Origin: Bacteroidales bacterium UBA6408
GTDB taxonomy: Bacteria; Bacteroidota; Bacteroidia; Bacteroidales; UBA932
NCBI GenBank assembly: GCA_002439805.1
Contig: DJPQ01000002.1
Span: forward strand, 2,448-66,447
Direction: 5' to 3'
Length of the DNA stretch: 64,000 bases
A program made the translations under genes and the position numbers. Positions 60,687 through 64,000 of this stretch are shown piece by piece. The stretch's first letter is position 1, and each line of letters begins with the position of its first letter. The notes beneath the pieces are model-generated. The model worked only from the letters and a program-made list of their open reading frames with translations. It did no database searches and was not told where the DNA came from.

Positions 60687-61342
60687 TCCCTGAGGTCTTT
60701 GAGGATCTGAAGAATGAACTTGATTTCCGAGGCGAGCGCAAGGGCGGAGTCTATGTGCGCTTCTCGACCCGGAACGTCATAGAGCATCCGCACGGCATAT
60801 GCCAGAGAGTAGCAGCTTTCCTTGAGCCGAAGCCCTACCGGGTTCGCGACATTCTTGGAGATGTTCACCGAGAATGAATACACCTGAACGAGAAGGTCGT
60901 AGGTAGCCTTATAGACAGGGGTCTTTTCAATCACGGCTGTGTTCGGAGTGAATCGGTCTCCTGCGTTCACGCTCACCGCCTCCTTCCAGTTGTGAAACTC
61001 CACCTCGTCGAACTGTTTCCGCGTGCGGCAACATATCAGTCCGTCCTGCACGTACTCATACACATAGCCGTTCAGCCATTTGGGAACAGTCTGCTCCGGA
61101 AAGCCGAGCGATATGACATCCATATTGACAGTCTTGACATAGCGACGGGAGAGTTTGAACTCATGGATGAGGGTGTGCGCGAAATATGCCGAACGCTCAT
61201 ACGCCTTCATGAACATCCCCTCACGGTAGAGCCAGATGCTGTCGTTGTTCTGTTCTTCTCTTGATATGATTTCGCGGAATGTCATTTCTTCCTTATAAAT
61301 TCGGGTGCTTCGCGCCGATATTACTTCGTCGCCATCCTTCAC
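60503..61342 (-). CDS. MutS-domain-I-like plus Avd-like four-helix-bundle protein (candidate DGR accessory gene), 3' end probably frameshifted
   Basis: N-terminal half IWLYREGMFMKAYERSAYFAHTLIHEFKL....VKTVNMDVISLGFPEQTVPKWL resembles the MutS mismatch-binding domain pattern. Middle TPVYKATYDLLVQVYSFSVNISKNV...LRLKESCYSLAYAVRMLYD....IDSALALASEIKFILQILKDLREIS is four-helix-bundle/Avd-like. The last roughly 60 aa (TNTFAFFLVNLACDSIFARFTLQPPSRACDF...) look non-coding. Alternative start at 61285. Confidence 0.5.
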   Translation of the reverse strand: MKDGDEVISARSTRIYKEEMTFREIISREEQNNDSIWLYREGMFMKAYERSAYFAHTLIHEFKLSRRYVKTVNMDVISLGFPEQTVPKWLNGYVYEYVQDGLICCRTRKQFDEVEFHNWKEAVSVNAGDRFTPNTAVIEKTPVYKATYDLLVQVYSFSVNISKNVANPVGLRLKESCYSLAYAVRMLYDVPGREAHIDSALALASEIKFILQILKDLREISTNTFAFFLVNLACDSIFARFTLQPPSRACDFSARSSNLTPAMCIRRLSAVPVPIFSMS

Positions 61343-61385
61343 ATGAAGCCTCGCGCCGGGCGCGAGGAGAAATACTCAAAGCGCA

Positions 61386-61424
61386 GGTTCGCGGTTTTCC
61401 GCTCGCGCAGGAAAACCGCGAACC
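61386..61424 (-). terminator. perfect 15-bp hairpin 12 nt downstream of the 654-aa gene
   Basis: ggttcgcggttttcc / ggaaaaccgcgaacc with a 9-nt loop and no strong T-tract. Either a terminator or a DGR target-site-type structure (see findings). Confidence 0.5.
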
Positions 61425-61436
61425 GCTCATCAAAAA

Positions 61437-63401
61437 TTATTTTTCTTGGAGACAACGGACGGCCCGCCCGCTTGAACGATCGCTGCTGTTCGCCGGACTG
61501 ACACCGCCGTTGTTGTAGAAGCTGAGGTACCACGCGTAGCTGAGATTGGAGTACGGGGAGCAGGACCAGTAGAAGCCGTAGTAGCCGACATTGCTCAGCG
61601 CCCCCGAATCGTTGCGCCGATAACCCGACGCGGCGTACCAAATCGTCTCTGAATCGCCCAATTTTCCCGAGAAATTAAAGCCCCTCTTGCTGTCGAACGA
61701 TGTTGAGAAACTGTCCTTGGAACCGAACGCCTTTGCCCAGACTCCGTCTGCTCCGCCGTCAGGAACTCGCCAGCCGACCGGACAAGGGTCGTAGGCCGTT
61801 TTTTGAGACTGCCAGCTGTAATCCGGAAGCCAAAGCGATTTGTAGAAAGTCATCGGATTTTCTTCAGCCTTAATCGTTGAGCCATTGGAATTTACATTCC
61901 AAGTTCCCGTAGAGGCAGCGACCTTGGACTCCAAGATTGACGACGAGCCGAGGAACGGGTCCTTCCTGCCCCACTGGTAGAGGAGGCCGAGAGCTCCGAC
62001 GTCGCCCGGGGTGGCGCTCGTCGCGCCGAGGTTGCGGTCCATCATCGTGCCGGCGTTGTTGTAGTACTCCTGCTCCTGCCAGCCCTCCTCCGAGCACCAG
62101 ATGTGCCATGACCAGAGAATCACGCCCTTGGAGTTCTTTGCAGCTATCACGGCGTTGCCCCGGGCGAAGGTCTCCGGGGTTTTGAAGCGGACGTAGCCGT
62201 CCCTGTAGGATGCGGAGGCGATGAGGTCGCCGACATTCGGGGTGATGTCCGTGCCGAAGGACTCCCAGAGAACCTCGACGCTCCTGACGTTGCCAACGGT
62301 GCCGTCGGTGTTGCCCTGGACAGCCCTGAACTTGTAGTTCCCGGCTCCGGTGATGAGGTAGCAGTTGGCGGTGCCCTCCGCTGAGAGGTCGGTGTAAACG
62401 ATGCCGTCGTCGTCCCCGGGGTCTCCGCCCGGCTCTGTTCCGCCGCCGGTGCCCGTGCCGCTGCCGCCCGTGCTGTTCCAGTCGTCTATCTCGCAGCCGA
62501 TGTCAACGCGGATGGCAGTGGTAGAGGCGTTGAGCGTGGCGGTGTAGGTGTAGGACACGCCCGGACGGAAGCTGAACGAGTCCTCCAGCAGGTAGGACAC
62601 GCTCTTGGAGTTGATTTCTATCAGGGGCACGCTCGTCTCGAGCATCTGCGGGACGACTATCGCCTCGTAGGTCACCGCATCGACCCCGCCGGCGCTGATG
62701 ATGCCGAGGTTCCTCATCCGGATTGACTTCGCGCCGCCGTATTGGTCCTTCTCGACTGAGCCCTTCTCAATGTCTATCCTCGCGTCGGTGACGGTGCTGT
62801 GCAGGAGGACGGTCGCGTCCTCCGGAAGGGAGCCTACATACTTGTCGCCGGCGACTATCCGCACGACGAGACGGCTCATGACGTGACGCATCGCGAGGCT
62901 CACAGCGCCGTCAGTACGGATCACTCCCTTGGCCTTGGCCCAGAGGAAGTCGGAGGTCTCGTAGGCGGTTGGAGTGCCGTCCTTCGCCTCTGCGCTCTGG
63001 TCAGTGGCGACGGAGAAGCTCTGGCTGTTTATATCGCTGAGGTCTTCGATGCGCGGGAAGGTGGCATAGATGTCGGACTTCCCCGCGCCCCAATAGACCG
63101 GCCTTTCTGAAGTCCAGCTCTGTCCGTCGAATGTCGCCGCGACGTTGGTCGCGCGGTTGCCCGAAATCTGGAGGGGCATCGGGGTCTGTTCGTCGGCGTA
63201 GTCGGTGACGAATATGCCGATTTTGTCGCCCGTCTCGAATGTGCTGCCGGAGACCTTTGTCTGAGCGCCCGGAGACAGGACGCTGAAGCTCATCTCGCGG
63301 GGAGACTCGGCGATGCTCCCCGTCGGGCTGTCCTTCTGACAGGCGGAGATGAACGCCGCTGCCAGAAGAACCGTTCCCAATGATATGGTTGTTCGTTTCA
63401 T
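61437..63401 (-). CDS. surface lipoprotein: fimbrillin (Mfa-like) N-terminal domain plus Gly/Thr linker plus C-terminal FISUMP/DUF1566-like lectin-fold domain
   Basis: Lipobox AFISAC-QKD. Fimbrillin-like FETGDKIGIFV...RPVYWGAGKSDIYATFP. Linker GGSGTGTGGGTEPGGDPGDDDG. C-terminal motifs ANCYLITGAGNYKF, NAVIAAKNSKGVILWSWHIW, MDRNLGA, LYQWGRKDPF, DPCPVGWRVP, YWSCSP and GRAVRCL. Confidence 0.7.
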   Translation of the reverse strand: MKRTTISLGTVLLAAAFISACQKDSPTGSIAESPREMSFSVLSPGAQTKVSGSTFETGDKIGIFVTDYADEQTPMPLQISGNRATNVAATFDGQSWTSERPVYWGAGKSDIYATFPRIEDLSDINSQSFSVATDQSAEAKDGTPTAYETSDFLWAKAKGVIRTDGAVSLAMRHVMSRLVVRIVAGDKYVGSLPEDATVLLHSTVTDARIDIEKGSVEKDQYGGAKSIRMRNLGIISAGGVDAVTYEAIVVPQMLETSVPLIEINSKSVSYLLEDSFSFRPGVSYTYTATLNASTTAIRVDIGCEIDDWNSTGGSGTGTGGGTEPGGDPGDDDGIVYTDLSAEGTANCYLITGAGNYKFRAVQGNTDGTVGNVRSVEVLWESFGTDITPNVGDLIASASYRDGYVRFKTPETFARGNAVIAAKNSKGVILWSWHIWCSEEGWQEQEYYNNAGTMMDRNLGATSATPGDVGALGLLYQWGRKDPFLGSSSILESKVAASTGTWNVNSNGSTIKAEENPMTFYKSLWLPDYSWQSQKTAYDPCPVGWRVPDGGADGVWAKAFGSKDSFSTSFDSKRGFNFSGKLGDSETIWYAASGYRRNDSGALSNVGYYGFYWSCSPYSNLSYAWYLSFYNNGGVSPANSSDRSSGRAVRCLQEK

Positions 63402-63613
63402 AATTTTGTCTTTTATATATCGTAAGGTCAGAAACTTAGAAGCTGTTTGAATTTTTTGTTCAGTTATTTTGAGATGTATTTTTGAGACAGATTTTTCTGT
63501 TTTGAGAGGAGTTTAGCGGTGCTAAATGACGAACAAAATGGGAAAATATGACCAAAAAGACACCAAAAGAACGAACATATAAAAATAAATGTGAGAAAAA
63601 TTAAAACAGCTTC

Positions 63614-64000
63614 TTATCTTTTCACATTTATCGGTTTTTTCCTGAATGACGGCCTCTCGCCCATGAACTTAGGCGGCATCTGGTTGTAGCCGGACGACGA
63701 CGCTCCGCCGTTCAGGCCGTACTCGAACGGCTGCGGCTTCCCGGCTGACTTGGTCGCGGACGACGGCAGGGACTCCTTGTCGTTGGCCTTGAAGTCGTCG
63801 AACGAGTAGTCTTCCCCTGCGTAGGACATGATGCGCTTAACGATGGCCTCGCGGGAGATGGCGCTGTAGTAAGGGATGTTGTTGTGCATGCAGCTCGTCG
63901 GCTCGCTGCGGAACACGCCGCGGGTGTGGAAGAACGCGCCCTCATAGACATCTACCGTGGCGGAGTACTGCTGGTCGTAGATGAGGTGCGACCACGGGAC
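63614..64000 (-). CDS. partial CDS (5' end outside window): M64 (IgA-peptidase-like) metallopeptidase C-terminal region
   Basis: The frame is open to the window edge: VPWSHLIYDQQYSATVDVYEGAFFHTRGVFRSEPTSCMHNNIPYYSAISREAIVKRIM. This parallels the M64 C-terminal pattern YEGG.Y...G.YRP...C.M......FC.VC..AI...I. Followed by a basic tail. Confidence 0.45.
   Translation of the reverse strand, partial: VPWSHLIYDQQYSATVDVYEGAFFHTRGVFRSEPTSCMHNNIPYYSAISREAIVKRIMSYAGEDYSFDDFKANDKESLPSSATKSAGKPQPFEYGLNGGASSSGYNQMPPKFMGERPSFRKKPINVKR

Noticed and set aside
60366-61436. Search for a DGR template repeat matching the C-terminal coding region at 61437-61643
   Set aside because: Reading both strands, I found no roughly 100-bp near-copy of the putative variable region here or elsewhere in the window. 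The DGR is therefore reported only as a remnant hypothesis.
61339-61641. 100-aa minus-strand ORF overlapping the end of the 654-aa gene
   Set aside because: It is an alternative frame of the well-supported lipoprotein C-terminus and crosses the hairpin; it is Arg/Leu/Gln-rich.
1-64000. CRISPR arrays, rRNA genes, IS transposases
   Set aside because: No regularly spaced direct repeats, no rRNA-like conserved blocks and no DDE/IS-type transposase ORFs were seen. The only recombinase is the tyrosine recombinase at 55548-56354.

Overview
The window is a chromosomal segment from a Bacteroidota, probably Bacteroidales, genome. Evidence for that placement: SusC/SusD pair, BACON and BspA-type LRR lipoproteins, a parA-parB-DUF5683 block, and repeated TAnnTTTG -7 promoter boxes. 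Most of it is high-GC housekeeping DNA: lrgAB-like, Pif1/HRDC helicase, cstA, tRNA-Thr, tkt, tpiA, tyrS, parAB, hpt, adk, obg, murF, dut, Na/Pi transporter, prfA, patB-like lyase, pnuC, mazG. Four accessory regions stand out. (1) A visibly AT-richer island of about 8.7 kb (about 47.87-56.56 kb) sits between prfA and the patB-like gene. It carries an AbiEi/AbiEii pair, a 332-aa methyltransferase-like ORF, and a roughly 1326-aa protein combining GIY-YIG-like nuclease, SF2 helicase, gamma-class N6-adenine-MTase-like and TRD regions. It also carries a convergent, start-less alternative C-terminal cassette and a tyrosine recombinase. A 34-bp inverted repeat with one mismatch lies exactly on the NPPY-coding site of both copies and preserves reading frame. 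I read this as a recombinase-driven shufflon that swaps the specificity half of a Type ISP-like restriction-modification enzyme; this is the top finding. (2) A 17-kb, eight-gene minus-strand Sus-like operon (22.8-40.0 kb) encodes SusC/SusD, an S8 subtilase, an FN3 lipoprotein, BACON lipoproteins and a 1220-aa LRR protein. No glycoside hydrolase or regulator is visible. (3) An apparent decayed diversity-generating retroelement lies at 60.4-63.4 kb: a C-type-lectin-like (FISUMP-type) target protein, a MutS-like/Avd-like accessory ORF, and an out-of-frame reverse-transcriptase C-terminal fragment. No template repeat was found. (4) An integration scar follows adk (22.46-22.80 kb), with a diverged duplicate of the adk 3' end, a lipocalin fragment and an excisionase-like N-terminal fragment. 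I also found a 57-aa histone-H1-like gene below the ORF-track cutoff and an orphan PqqD/HPr-kinase-like pair. No CRISPR array, rRNA or transposase was seen. All calls come from reading motifs by eye; no database search was run.
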